DNA of 63,286 nucleotides, filler included, from Diploschistes diacapsis (taxonomy: Eukaryota): assembly GCA_023645945.1 (NCBI GenBank). It is 12 parts of 12 records of this genome, joined end to end, with 100 filler letters (N's around TTAATTAATTAA, not from the genome) between each part and the next. Parts side by side here need not be neighbours in the genome. Positions count along the whole stretch, not along the records: positions 1 to 25,902 come from JALAIB010000195.1; positions 26,003 to 29,325 come from JALAIB010001954.1; positions 29,426 to 32,743 come from JALAIB010001955.1; positions 32,844 to 36,155 come from JALAIB010001956.1; 8 more parts are not named here. The stretch is one strand, 5' to 3'. This document shows, piece by piece, positions 23,514 to 36,255 of this stretch. Each line of letters opens with the position of its first letter. Positions within the stretch are counted from its first letter, which is position 1. A model generated the notes under the pieces. It was given only the letters and a program-made list of their open reading frames with translations, ran no database searches and had not been told where the DNA came from. Made by a program: the position numbers and the translations under genes.

Positions 23514-24952
23514 ATGGCTTACCAGATCTCCAAGAAGCCTAAAATGAGCGGAGACTGCTCTCATCCAGCTCATGCAGAACACTACTATTCCAACGAAAAG
23601 CTCCCCGGGATCTTTAAATTGTTCGATTTCGATGCCATGTACCCTATATTCGATCGTCTTACGTCACTTCTTCGAATAGACGACATCCTACGCCTCAGAA
23701 GGACATGCTCAACACTCAAAACTTCGCTGAGCAGGCTTCATGATACCAAATGGAATATCAATAAGAGCTTGCGACGCTTCTTCAACGATCCTCAAGAGTT
23801 TCGGTCACTTCAGGCTAAACATGACATGCTGATTTCCGGAGTCTTTGCAGCTGCTTTCTTTTCAAGGGACGACAACCAGATCGGATCTGATATGATCATA
23901 TTCCTTCACGGAGAGACTGCATTCCGGGAATTGAAGAGCTACCTGATAAACAAAGCAGGATACCAGATCGAACCTAAGCGTCAACCTCCTCAAGATATAT
24001 CCAAGCCTGAGATGTTTGGATTTGGCGAGGTTTCTTCGGATTCTGAGGTACTTCCTAATGATCTATAGAGCTAGACTCTGCTTACAGAGACCAGCAGGTG
24101 CAACCTTTGGTCAAATACGAAAGCTGCCCAACCCCCGAGCTTTCCTACTGTAGGGTAATGGTGGTCATCACCCGTCGAAGTCCGTCATTAACCTTTTTGA
24201 ACGGGAATGTGCATACTGCTGCAATGAACATCATAGCGTGGAATAAAGCGTATTCGCTATTTCCTGCAGTTACTTATATTGACAAATGCACCTACTCTCT
24301 GGTGTATCTGAGTCAGGGATCAGACCAACTATTAAAGCAGTGCGCTAGTCTGGGCTGGAAAACGCAAGTCGAAGTGTGGCCAGAAGAGAAGGCAGGAAAT
24401 TTTGGCCTCAAAGGGAAGCGTCACGTAGTGGATAGATATACCTGGGTGATCCCGCTCGACTGCAGCGACATTCAACCCTCCAAAAGTCCAGATTTTGTCC
24501 TCAGCCTTGGCGAGTTCGAGGTAGTAGTGGAAGAGGACGGGGACTTTATGTTCACTAATATCGACATGGGTGGCTACAAAAGGTTTACTTCTGACGAGAT
24601 GTCTTCACCTGTCCTTCGATACAGATATCCTATGGTCGAAGCTGGATTCTTTCACGATATCCAGCGTCAGCTCGATCAACATGCGGCTATTGAATTCTTG
24701 AAACTACCTATTGGAGAAAGACCCAGGAAGCTGTTGCAGCACCCTAAAATGAAAATACCAAAGGACTTCAAGCGACCGAAGACTTGGAGATATGCAGATG
24801 AAGACCTCCCAGGCTGGTTCGAAAGGTGGAAACAACGGAAGGATGCCATGAGAGCGGCAGGTGCGGAGACTTTGAGCGATTTTTTAGAGGAAAGACAAGG
24901 GGCGCAGCTTCGACCATGGGGGAGTAAGAGCGAAATGCACATGCACAAGTGA
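23514..24952 (+). CDS. Hypothetical protein with N-terminal F-box-like motif, 2 exons
   Basis: ORFs 23514-24068 and 24098-24952 join in phase through a GT-AG intron ending at 24097. Motifs YPIFDRLTSLLRIDDILRLRRTC, FRSLQAKHDMLISG and HTAAMNIIAWNKAYSLFP. Confidence 0.75.
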
Positions 24953-25902
24953 CAATCATTATTCTCATGACTTCCGCATCACTTAGTTTCCAGGAAGTAC
25001 ATAGGGCGGCAAAGCTCTAAATATGGACACAGTATTGAACTTATTCGAGTCTAGGACATGCTGTAATCACCAGCAATGCTATCTCGTAGTCATGAATGGC
25101 CGTCTCTAGCAAGAATATTCACCTACTTCCGTGCTTCAACGCTACCAGCCAACAGCACAAGCACCCTACAGTCTATCCTACAGCAACCTTAGAGCATCTT
25201 CAAAAACCGCCGTTGATGCAGTTTTTTGAGAAGCAAATTCGGCCACAGGGCTTCACAAGGAAGCAATAAACACGGAGATCAGGGGTTCATGAACACTGCC
25301 GGAGCGCACCCGGGCAGCCTTGTGGTTTGTTGTGTACAGTACAAGCTGGAGAGCTTCGGTGTCTTTCCTATTTCAAGGGATGCTTGTAACCTAAGGTGAA
25401 TTGTAACAGCTCATTGCATGAAGGTCCTATGCCTTGCGCGATCGATGAATGGACGACTGACCCGCTAAAATCGCCGGACTCCTGGTCACCTGGAAAGATA
25501 GGTGGATAATGATACAGCGTTATTATGCACTAAATATAATCCATGGAAACCATTGTGAACGTCTTCGGCTACTACGTTTTTGGGTAAAGAGAGTAGGAAA
25601 GATCCCGTCCGTACTGTTTCCATGGGTTTCTGCCACCTACGAAAAAGGAAAGTATGAATTATTTCGCCGTGAACAAGGCTCGCAGGTTTTTGAGCAGGTT
25701 TTCTTTTTGTTATCGCTTTCGTTTGGAAAGGCTTCTTCGACGGGAGCAGGAGTCTGTCGCGAATTCAGGTGGTACTGTCCTTCCAACCCGGGCTCCTTTC
25801 CCCATACCACTCCCCTTCCCCGCAAACGCGACGGCCCTCTCCCGTGTTCAACCTCAGCCCCATGCCTTGCCTCTCTCCCTCCCCATTCCCGCCCGGGCTC
25901 CT

Positions 25903-26002
25903 NNNNNNNNNNNNNNNNNNNNNNNNNNNNNNNNNNNNNNNNNNNNTTAATTAATTAANNNNNNNNNNNNNNNNNNNNNNNNNNNNNNNNNNNNNNNNNN
26001 NN
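25903..26002. other. Artificial contig linker (44N-TTAATTAATTAA-44N), repeated at 29326, 32744, 36156, 39565, 42968, 46367, 49766, 53158, 56547 and 59919
   Basis: Identical 100-bp spacer carrying stop codons in all six frames. Confidence 0.99.
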
Positions 26003-26474
26003 GGGGAAGAGGATGGGGTGGGGGAGATGGACAGGGAGGTAGAGGGCTTGAAGCTTTTCGCTGGGGCTTGAGATGAATTTTTGAAAGCTCGGGAGGGTGC
26101 TTGGTGGAGAGTGTGCAGGACCCGATGATATTGTTACAAAAGAGTTTCAGGAGCAATCCGATGAGCTAGGAAAATTATCACAAGATGGTAGAATAATGAT
26201 AACGATGCCTCGAGTCTTTCATATACTAAGATTAGGGAGAAAAGCAATAATAATCTGGGTACACCGAGTTTCAGCAGACCCCAGTGCAACCAAGCATAAG
26301 ATATGTTCCGCAATAGATGCTTGTGCCGGTGTCGGCACCGGATCTATGCCATGCAAAAGGGACCCCTCCCTACATCCACCCGACGAATAAACGCCTCTGA
26401 CCACGAATTCGCAAATTCTGCTACAGTCAAGGTGTACCCCGAAAACCCACTGCATTGCCCTCACCCAACAACCC

Positions 26475-28949
26475 TCAAAGCTCATCATCATCATCATACT
26501 CGTGATCCGTCTCCAACTCCTCCTGCGACAAGCCCAAGCCCGGGATCCTTGGCAGTTCGAACTTCATCACGCTCTCCGGCAGCATCTCGCTGTCAGTCAT
26601 GGGCTTGAAGCCGTACAGATTCTTCAGCCGCTGTGTTGTCCCCAGTCCTCCATCTTCGAAGACGCTTTCTGCTTCAACTTCCGGCTTTGGACGGATTGGT
26701 GGGGAAGAAGGGATCAAGATGGGGGTCTGAGCGGTGCTGTTGTAATTACGTTGTCGGCGACTAGTGCTGGGTGAGCTTTGTGTGAGGCTGTTGTTATGTT
26801 TCGGGGTATCGGTAGACAAGAAGGATCCTGGTTCTGGGGAGGAGGGAAGAGCTTGGGTGGGTATTGTTTTGGGCTTCCTGGAGAAGTTGCGCACGGGGGA
26901 GGAGACGATGGAGGCTGTGGTGGCTTGTGAAGGAGGAACGGGGACGTATTTGGGGAATTGTAACTGGGTTAAGTCGGCTGTGGTTGCTTGCGAGGGACGA
27001 GCCTGGGTTCGCGTGTTTCGTGATTTGGAGGAATCGGCAGGCAGCGAAGCAGCTGCATGTCTGGGAGGTGAGGATGCAACTAAAACAACTTCATGCTGAT
27101 GCTGTGAGTTGCGTTGTCGTGTCTCCTGCTTTGACGCCTGCTCTTCCTGTGTTCTGCATGGGTTTTGTTCTTCTACCTTTTGCCTCAGCTTTGGCTCTGG
27201 CTCCAATAAAGGCTGTGGTGGTGAAAATGCGCGCCAGGCGTTCTGAAACTGGGACTCCGTCTCGAGTACCGGGACGAAACTTTGGGTGCGTTGCTCGTAC
27301 TCAGCCTCAAGCTGTGCAGTGGCTTGTTGAGAATCACTACGCAAGTCCGGGAGAGGGCTTTGAGGTTGCGGGACCTCGCAGCTTGGATCGCTAGCAGGAG
27401 GCTCAACCGCAAGTTCCTCTTTGAGAGCACGGGGCTCGTTTTGCGATGCCTCCGCCTCTATTTCTTGTAGAGCTGCAGACGTTTTGCTCTTTTGCGGAGA
27501 GGTGTGCTGGCCTTTCTTGACTCTGGCCCCATACCGTTTCTTGGTTGGCTTAAGTTGAGTGGGAACTGCTTCTGCTGTATCTAACATCCCATGACTTGCT
27601 TCAGCATCCTCATTATCTTTAGATTGAGGACTGTGGTCTGAGTGGAGCGACAGCCCAATTGCTCGCTTCTGTGGCATGTTCCTGGTTGATCTTCGTGAGC
27701 TCGGTGGATGTTGGCCTTTTTCTCCGTGGGGCATCTTGGGCTGCACTGGCTTTCTGAGCGTGGAGGCTGTGGTTCTTCCCGATGAGTTCCCCAGCCCAGA
27801 AGCTTCCTTCGCTATTGAAGACCCGCCAGCTGGCTGCTGGCTTTGACTTAGCGGCTCGCTCTTGACTATTTCAGATTCGGGTGGTAGCCTGAGCCTACGA
27901 TCTGCTGGGCCAGGTTGTTTTTTACCGGCATTCTGGAGGTCGCTGGTATTGGACACCTCAGTACCTTTACTCATAGGTAAGCCCATGTCTTCCGTCGATA
28001 ACCCCCCATGCTCCGCCAATGTTGAAGCATGTTTCAGTGTCCCTAGAGCCTCCATACCTCTCTCGGCTCCACGGTCGTTCTCAGTCTCGATTTCATCGTC
28101 AAAACCATGGGTCCCCACCTTATCTTTCAGATGTTGAGGGTTTCTTCGTATACGAGCCCTCAAGCTTGGACGTGGACTAGGCTGAAAGTTTGGAATTGCC
28201 GAACAAACATCGGAATGCATCGAGGTGATACGGCTTAGTCTTGAACTTGCTCTGCTTAAGGATGCTTGAGTAGATAATTCACTGGACTCAGTTTCATTAT
28301 AGGTATCTTTGACTTCGAGCGACGGTGGCTGCTTATTGACCTTCTTTATTGCTCTTGGAGGGCGACTCGGCGACCACACATTGGTTGAGAGCTCCTTCAA
28401 CGGTGATTGAGGCGGTATAGCAATATACCTTTGGCTCCGAAGCGAGAGTGGAGTAAGAGCGGGAGACTGTGAGGATGGCACAACCCTTTCGATGTTCTTG
28501 CGCGGCGTTTTTGGCGGAGGCATCAACTCCTCTGCTGGTCTTACGGCATGTTGAGGAGGATCTTCAAGCTTAGGCTTGGGAGAGACTGTATTTGAATCAA
28601 TATCTTCCGGTTGAAGGTGCTGTAATCTGAGTGACCGACGCTTTATAGATCGGGATGCAGCTGACGGCGTAGAATTATTGTAATTACTTATTCGTCTTCT
28701 CTTGGCCGCTGATGCTGATGAGATGTGCGTTTGTTCATACTCTAGATCGGAGTCTTCTACCGGCATTCCTAGTCTATGAACGAAGTCGATCTGTGTCAAG
28801 GTCTGTTGCCTTGTCGCAGGGCAAACTGTGGCCGGTTGTCTCTTCGCAAATGTTTGGTTGTGAGGCGTAAAGAATGTCTGTCGGGGTGCCCCCTCATCTT
28901 CTTGGATCCGACTTGAAGATCGTCGAGTTGACCTCTGTCGTTTGGACAT
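26475..28949 (-). CDS. Low-complexity S/P/Q-rich hypothetical protein (~824 aa)
   Basis: 2.5-kb uninterrupted ORF with ATG at 28949. Contains QQTLTQIDFV, many SQ/TQ motifs and the C-terminal TDSEMLPESVMKFELP. Confidence 0.8.
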   Translation of the reverse strand: MSKRQRSTRRSSSRIQEDEGAPRQTFFTPHNQTFAKRQPATVCPATRQQTLTQIDFVHRLGMPVEDSDLEYEQTHISSASAAKRRRISNYNNSTPSAASRSIKRRSLRLQHLQPEDIDSNTVSPKPKLEDPPQHAVRPAEELMPPPKTPRKNIERVVPSSQSPALTPLSLRSQRYIAIPPQSPLKELSTNVWSPSRPPRAIKKVNKQPPSLEVKDTYNETESSELSTQASLSRASSRLSRITSMHSDVCSAIPNFQPSPRPSLRARIRRNPQHLKDKVGTHGFDDEIETENDRGAERGMEALGTLKHASTLAEHGGLSTEDMGLPMSKGTEVSNTSDLQNAGKKQPGPADRRLRLPPESEIVKSEPLSQSQQPAGGSSIAKEASGLGNSSGRTTASTLRKPVQPKMPHGEKGQHPPSSRRSTRNMPQKRAIGLSLHSDHSPQSKDNEDAEASHGMLDTAEAVPTQLKPTKKRYGARVKKGQHTSPQKSKTSAALQEIEAEASQNEPRALKEELAVEPPASDPSCEVPQPQSPLPDLRSDSQQATAQLEAEYEQRTQSFVPVLETESQFQNAWRAFSPPQPLLEPEPKLRQKVEEQNPCRTQEEQASKQETRQRNSQHQHEVVLVASSPPRHAAASLPADSSKSRNTRTQARPSQATTADLTQLQFPKYVPVPPSQATTASIVSSPVRNFSRKPKTIPTQALPSSPEPGSFLSTDTPKHNNSLTQSSPSTSRRQRNYNSTAQTPILIPSSPPIRPKPEVEAESVFEDGGLGTTQRLKNLYGFKPMTDSEMLPESVMKFELPRIPGLGLSQEELETDHEYDDDDEL

Positions 28950-29115
28950 CGGATAGGCCAGCACCTGAACTTTGTCCTAAGCAGAGTATTGAAACATCAG
29001 GATACGGGCATGAAAAGGATTACTGCAAGCCTGCAAGGTGAACTATACGAAGTACTAGAAAATAAAATACGAAGTACGCGTCAGACTCTGTGGAACACGT
29101 CTAAGCGATGGTGGC

Positions 29116-29325
29116 GCGTTTGGTGGGAGCATATAGGGGCACGTGATGTCGTACAGTCTACGTAGGAGCTCTACACACGCTCTAAGGCCCTGTTTGGTGG
29201 TCAGCGTAGAGCATGCGTAAAGCCTCTACGTAGCTTGTACGAGGTCACATGACACTCTACGCTCCCACCAAACGCCCCTTTTCATAGAGCGTCTACGTAG
29301 ACGTCGTAGAGCGTCTACGCGCTCT
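29116..29325. repeat. Inverted-repeat cluster, PIF/Harbinger-like MITE remnant
   Basis: GCGTTTGGTGGGAGC (29116-29130) is inverted at 29261-29275. TAA|GGCCCTGTTTGG at 29183-29197. Repeated CTCTACG/CGTAGAG. Confidence 0.5.
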
Positions 29326-30448
29326 NNNNNNNNNNNNNNNNNNNNNNNNNNNNNNNNNNNNNNNNNNNNTTAATTAATTAANNNNNNNNNNNNNNNNNNN
29401 NNNNNNNNNNNNNNNNNNNNNNNNNGGGAGGGGGATGGGGATGGGATGGAGGATCGAAAGGGTTGTGAAAGGATATAGTGAGGCAGATCAACGAAATCGG
29501 AAGTAATAGGGACGAGGCAGAGGCAAAGGTAGCAGAAGTCCGGGCACGTACGGCAGAGAATCATAAACGTCGCAAACGACGCCCGGCCCGGCGCGGTGCG
29601 CTTCGGCGGCTTGAGGAAGGTCTTGCCGCCGACGTCGACGCCGAAGACGTTCGTCTGGCCCGGCGTCGCGGTGTAGGCGCCACTGGACATGGTTTGCGCG
29701 GGTCCTGGACCTCGTGGATTTGGTATGGTGAGGACTGTAGGTTGTGCGGAAGTTGCTGAGCTCTTGGGCTGTTATAGCTCGAGCTTGGCGTTCGCCGGGC
29801 TTGGACCGAATGGCGTATGTGTGTGAATATCCAACAAGGAAGGTTGGTCACGAAAAATGAACGTCTCCAATTCGAGATAGCTGGAACTCGAGGCGCGTAA
29901 GGGTCGTTGAGTGATAGGACGGAGCTTCAAATGTATGCGAGGCTGTTGTGCGCCTGGCTGGGCAGAAAGAGCTTGGATCGTCAGTTGGGCTTGCCACAAG
30001 TTATGTGATGTGATATGGTACGAAAGCTTTTCTCTACCACCTCATCTATTAAAATAATACCTCAAGGAAGCTCGGGAGATAACAAGATCATAGGAATAAT
30101 CCACTTACAACTCCTAGGTGAATCCAACTTGTGACTAATGTTTGAATTAATCAATCCAGAGTCAACTCGGGACGGAGTCTGAACGAGCAACTAACAAGCT
30201 CCCCGCACATTTTTTCGTCAGATCTAAGATGATTGGAATTTTAAAGGCAACTATGTGCCAGAGTATCTATCAATACTTGCCAGGCCCAACCTATTATAAT
30301 ATATGGACACCGGCCATCGGTCAGCGCTTGAGCCGATGACCCTTCAATCTATACACAACGCGCTCGACCGCTCAAAACTCCATTTATCCACTCCCCTGGA
30401 AAGCGGTATTCACCTCCATTGCTTATAATGACACAATCACCCCCCACT

Positions 30449-31979
30449 CTATGCGAACTTTTCAAACATGGTCGGGCACTCCAGCAATGCCCTCTCAAAA
30501 GCCCCGCTAAACATCTCAGACATCGCGTGGTAATGGAACAGGATACCCCCCAGCACGGCAAAGTGCCAGATGTTGTGACTCCCACCAAAGTAATCGAACC
30601 AGCCAGGCAGAAACTTTTCGGGGATCCTCATCGCGTACACCACCGCGCCAGTAATATACACGATCACGCTCATGGTGATGGGCGCGTAGAAGTAGTAGGC
30701 CCATTCTGGGCCCCGCCTCACGATGAGCTCGATGACGGGCACGAACCCCGTTGCGCCAAGGGAAAGGTAGAAGGCTACCCGCGCCCATGCCATGTCTTCG
30801 CGGTTGAAGAAGGGATGCCAGGGCACGATAACGCCGCCGATGCCCAGCACGGCTGTGGCGGTAACGTAGACCCAGCGACTGGTGGGTTCACAGTAAAAGG
30901 CAGCGTGCTCCGTCGTCATGATGGAGGCGGCGATCAACAGTGAAATGCCTGTGTAGTCTACGCAGGCAAAGCGCTCCATTAGGGTCTGGTCGGCGATGCT
31001 GTTCATGGTGTGCCACATGCAGCTGCACACCAGACACTTGCAAGCTGCGACGAAGAAGAGAGCAACAAAGAATATGTCGAGATTGGTGGAAAGGTTATAG
31101 TTGAGGGAGTTGGGAAAGTAGTAAAAGGCGAGCATGAGGACGAAGATGAAGCCGAGGGCGTGGGACCAGATGTTGACGGATTCGTTCGTGACGGTGAAGA
31201 CGGAAACCACGCACTCGACTGAGCTCTCACAGAAACGGTAGCCTTTCGTGATGTGCGGGTTGATGCGCCAAGGGGTAGGAAGATCCTCGTAGCTGATGAG
31301 CCCGCGCTCTTGGGCTTGCTCCCTGGCATATGCGATACTTTGCCGGAGACCCTCCTTTGCCTTCTCGAACTTGTCGTCGATAAGATCCCTGGCGCTCCTT
31401 AGACCGTCCTCGGCTCGTCGCCAGCTTTCATCCAAAGTGGACCGCCCCGCCTCCCTTAGAGCTTGTCTCCGCGCTTCCAGCTCTCCCAGAAAGCTTTCGA
31501 GCAGCTGCACGCAAGCCGTGGCTCTGGCCTCGAGCGAGTCGTACGTGGGTAGGCGATCTTTGTAGGCGGGATATGTGCTTTCCACCGTTTCTACCAGGAC
31601 TTTGGCCCGTAGCCGGACATCCTGAAAATCTCCTACAGAACACCGCTCCCTCACGTCCTGCAACGTGGTGTAGGCGCGGGTGATGCCTGCGTCGAGTTCG
31701 GTTCTGCCGACCCTACCATACTCCTGGAGGCCTTCGAGTCTTGTCCCAAGGTCCGCTATGAATTGGTTAACCTGTACTCGTTAGTCGGAGCTTGCTTGAA
31801 GCTGACTTTCCTTCACTAACGCTCACGAGAACGGCATCTTTATTTTCTTGAATTTCGTACCGTATCCTTTGGGACATTGAAGGCATTCGACTTCTACCTT
31901 CCAGCCAGTGCACATCAAGCGATGTTGACGTGGTTCTCGCGGAATGGCTAGAAATGGGGTCCTCATTGACAGCCGTCAT
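30449..31979 (-). CDS. IZH3: PAQR / haemolysin-III family membrane protein, IZH3-like, 2 exons
   Basis: PWRINPHITKGYRF, NESVNIWSH, WHTMNSI, ACVDYTGI, PEKFLPGWFDYFGGSHNIWH. N-terminal coiled region; one intron ~31826-31772. Confidence 0.88.
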
Positions 31980-32573
31980 CGAGGGCTTTCTAGTCCCCAA
32001 GAGAATAAGGGGAGGTGGACGTAATTCTCGCATCGTGGAGGAGAAGTAGAACCAGGCAACACAACGAGGGGCAATCGATTACTGCCAAAGCGGGCAACTC
32101 AACGCGTTGAATGATGCTGATGAGAAGGTTTTCTCACTTGCGTCAACCGGTAAGCTCATAGGTAAAGAACCGCGAACACTAGGAAGAATCGACGGAGACG
32201 CTTAGGAACATAGTCGGTGAATGAATGCTTGTATATACAGTGTATGTGAAAGATGTTTGGATTCTATTTGCAAGCAAAGGGCAAAGGGACAGATGAATGA
32301 GATTCTATGTATGTGGTAGGATTCAGGAAACAGAGAAAGCAGCCCCTCGAACCCAACACCGTCCGCCCGCTGAGAATGGACAGGACGGGGGATTATAACT
32401 GGCTGACGGCCGAGACGGGTTAAGACTGGATTTAGAGGTGCCCCGGGTTTAACAGAGTCATCAAACAGCTAAACACCGGAATTGGGATAACTTCAATTGA
32501 AGAAAGCTCTTTATGCATTCAGCCTCTACCTTTCAACACCCTCCACCATCCATCATCCCTACATCACCCCACC

Positions 32574-32743
32574 ATGGACCTCGACGCCACAATGACCGAC
32601 CCCTCCCTCCGCTCCATCCTCGCCGCCAGCACCGCCACCAAAGCCGCCTGCCTCTCCCTCCTCTCCGCTCTGCAACCGCAGCTCCCACAACCACCACCAC
32701 CTTCCACGTCCCCCTCAACCTCAACCTTTCCTTCCTCCTCCAC
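32574..32743 (+). CDS. 5' fragment of a gene cut by the contig end, possibly THO complex subunit THOC5/FMIP-like
   Basis: MDLDATMTDPSLRSILAASTATKAACLSLL resembles fungal THOC5 N-termini as I recall them. Too short to be certain. Confidence 0.35.
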
Positions 32744-32843
32744 NNNNNNNNNNNNNNNNNNNNNNNNNNNNNNNNNNNNNNNNNNNNTTAATTAATTAAN
32801 NNNNNNNNNNNNNNNNNNNNNNNNNNNNNNNNNNNNNNNNNNN

Positions 32844-33215
32844 CTTCCTCCCCATCTTCCTCCTCCCCCCCGATGGGTATCGCGACGGGTATCCACCCGC
32901 TCTCCAGATCCGCTTCCTCTACGGGCACCGCGAACTCGACGTCCTCCGGGTCGTCGGGTATGGAGACGGGCCCGGCGGGGGAGGAGAGAGTGGTCAGGGA
33001 AGCGGTGTTGCGCAGGGCGGCGAGGAGGTGGGATTTTACCTGGGCGAAGGGCGTGGTCGGGTCGAGAGTGAGGAGGACGGTGTGTTTGTGGTGCTTGAGG
33101 CGGAGGGTCCAGTGCGAGGGATGGGGGGCTGGGAGGACGGTCGGGTCGGACTGGATGGAGAGGCTTAGCTTTTGAGGGGCCAAGAGGGGATGGCTGGGAG
33201 AGGAGCTATTACCAT
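32844..33215 (-). CDS. Conserved fungal hypothetical protein, 3'-truncated
   Basis: ATG-only first exon (33215-33213), intron GTAATA...CTAAG...CAG, then SDPTVL...WTLRLKHHKHTVLL...IPDDPEDVEFAVP...GW. Confidence 0.6.
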
Positions 33216-34125
33216 GGCGAGGATGGATTTCCGAGGACGGCGAGAGCTTCGAGATGAGGGACGTGGATGGGGATGAGGATGGGGATGAGGGAAAGAGAGG
33301 TATTGCCTTCCGGCTCAGAAAAGAAAAGGTGCGTCGTTCCCAGACACGCGACTTCTGGTGGGGGGTTTCTCTACTGCAAATCAAAGACGCACTTTTTGCA
33401 GAGGATGGATTAATCTTTTTCCCGCAGGAAGCAACTACCTGCTCACCTCTTTCTCCCATACAATTAATCTGCGCACACGCTAAGTTAAGTCCCATACAAA
33501 TTTGTATGGGCATTTCCTCAAGTTTTCCTTGTCATATCTTTTGTTTCCAACTTTGACGCCATTTCTACGTAGAGATTTGGCCTTCTACATACTTTCTCAG
33601 GTGGGTTTCAATCCGCATTTGCTTGAAATCAACTTTTTGTGAGCTATCTGGAGGCATCGGAGGTGGATACGCTTATATGAAATGCATACAAATTACTATG
33701 GAAACTAGATACGAGCTAAACGGCTCGATAGGCACACTATATGTGGAGAAGAAGGAAAACACATCGTTTGCTTCATCATTGAACAACACCCTCGAAGCGC
33801 TCATTCAAGAGCTTGATATACATAAATAGCGTGATCTGAGATGATGCTTGAGAGTAAGTCATCAGCTGCAATAGACATAAAGTGGCTCTTGCGCGGTAAT
33901 GTCAAAGAATCCAAGGAGGGTATGTACGAACGATCATTGGGTTGATCTTTGGATTATGTGATAACTGTTAGTTTACCATAAGCGCCAACTCAAAAGTATA
34001 GACGCTGTCCACGTGCTGGTTTCCTCGTCATTCTCCGCTAATGCGATACTTCATTCGAAGAATGGGTTGGGTCAGGTTTTGGTTAATGCCGTCGCTCTAA
34101 GGGCCATTATAAGGGACCTTCAGTA

Positions 34126-35734
34126 ATGGCCACCCTACAGAGCATACCGCAGGAGCTACGATTGATAATCACTGATCATCTACATCCGCAAGAGCTTTTC
34201 CCATTTGCTCTGACCTGCAGAAGTTACTGGAAGGCTCTTGCCCCTACTATACAGAGGAAGCGGCTCTCTGAGCGATACCGCTACCTCGAATTACGGGCAG
34301 ACGGCTTTATAGAGTTTTTGCAACAGGCACGGAGAAATCCCTTGATTCTGTCCTGTGTGGAGCAATTGGCGGTCGACACCTGGCGAGCGCACAGTCCCCC
34401 AGACCTAAAACAGCATGACAATGTCATAAAGTCCATTTGGCCCGCTGACTTCTTGACTGCCTTTTCAGCAAACCAGCTCCGAAGCGAGTCTTCGCAAGTC
34501 ATCGAAAGTTTCAAGCAAGCCATCTACGATGGCGATCAAGGCGCTCTTCTCGCTGGAATTGTGTTACTTCTGCCCAATCTCAGACATCTGGAATGGACAC
34601 TTAGCCATGGGAATCCGGCCAATCCTTGGATGCTAATCGCCTTGAAACTTCTGAGGGCGGCGCACGATAGACACCTCCCATCTCTTCCTCTCCAGCGTTT
34701 GAATACTCTGTCATTGTCAGACAGGTGGTTCCGCAGTAACGAAGTGCCTTTAATTGACTATGATCTGCTTGATTGGTTTATGGGAATTCCCTCGATTCGC
34801 TCTGTTCATTTGGCCGTAATCAACGGAGGGTTCGGCGAGGTCAGGGAGAATTTTAATTCAGCATTCCCACTCTCCGGTATCACGAACTTTCATCTGACAA
34901 CGGATTCTACTGTTGCACCTCAACGGATAGTCGATCTCTTTAAGCGCATGGGTTCCCTGCGAAAAGTGAGTCTCTTGACGTTTAGAGAGGCAAATCAAGA
35001 TTTCGACTATAGGCTGGTGTTTGAGGCACTCGAGGCATATTTGAAGCACTCGCTGGAAGTCTTGGGTTTCTATCTGGAGGATATGTTACATGCCAACATG
35101 GTACGTCCCGCTTGTGAAGTTGCACGAGAGACTTCAGTGAGCGGTCTACTAACCAGCGGCTCAGGGCCCGCCCGTCTCACTAGCAGGATTCGCAAAGCTT
35201 CGAGACCTTACCTGCTTCTGGAGGCTCCTTGTACCTGTCCAGAACCAAGTGTCCGAAATGGACAACGAGTACACATACAAGCCCTACCCGCAAAGTGGGA
35301 GTGCGCTTCAAGAGGGTTTTGACCTAGCGCCGCAGCTCCCACAAACCCTAGAAAGGATAGTCTTTATATATATGGCATGTTGTTCACCCGAGAAGGATAT
35401 AGTCATCAAACTCCTGAATTCGAAGAAACAATACTTGCCTGTTTTGCGAGAGCTTCACACGAAGAGCGAGGTGGATTGCAAGACTAAGACCAAACACGAA
35501 GAGATTCAGGCTGAAATCAAGGCAGCAGCCGAAAAGGCTGGAGTCAGGTATTACCATATCGAGGCGGGGCCAAAACCATTGCCTGCATGGTCTAGTTGGT
35601 ATAGTAAGTTGCACCCCAAGACCTCCGCTCTTGGCCTTTACGCCTATACTGGGCCATCAATATCGCGGCTGATCAGAGGTTATCAGTTTAACTCGGCTCG
35701 CCTTTTTCCTCACTACTCGTTGATATGGAGGTAA
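34126..35734 (+). CDS. F-box-like / LRR-like hypothetical protein, 2 exons
   Basis: LQSIPQELRLIITDHL F-box-like start and LPNLRHL/LNTLSL repeats. Intron 35101-35164 (GTACGT...CTAAC...CAG) joins in frame to ORF 35249-35734. Confidence 0.8.
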
Positions 35735-36255
35735 GCTTGAAGCAGTTTCTTTTTGTGATGTAACCTTGTAAACATGAAAGAAACCAGACGCAATGAGTTC
35801 TAAGACACGGAGAGAAGCCCGGTTGATTTGAAGAGTCTCCAGCAGTCCTATTGTTAGAACGAGGGCCGTAAACCGCCACTCACTGGCTTAATCATTGAAC
35901 AAGGCCAACGGCATCCCTTATGAGATGTGATCATAATAAGGGGTGACTAACGATCGAAACCACACAGGAGGTCGCACGGAAAAACGCTTGTCCGCTACCA
36001 CTTGCACCTCCCGAAGTTTTTTGCACATTCCCTCATCATAACTTCTTTACCCTTCGTCCAGCCTCGGGCCCTGTTCCGGGCACAACATTCTACGAAGCAT
36101 GTAACAGCCCTTCTTCTCACTTATCCCACCCCCCACTCCTTCCCCTCCAAAAGCCNNNNNNNNNNNNNNNNNNNNNNNNNNNNNNNNNNNNNNNNNNNNT
36201 TAATTAATTAANNNNNNNNNNNNNNNNNNNNNNNNNNNNNNNNNNNNNNNNNNNN

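Noticed and set aside
29426..29690. Minus-strand ORF MSSGAYTATPGQ...
   Set aside because: Possibly a real 5' exon, but truncated by the contig end and unassignable.
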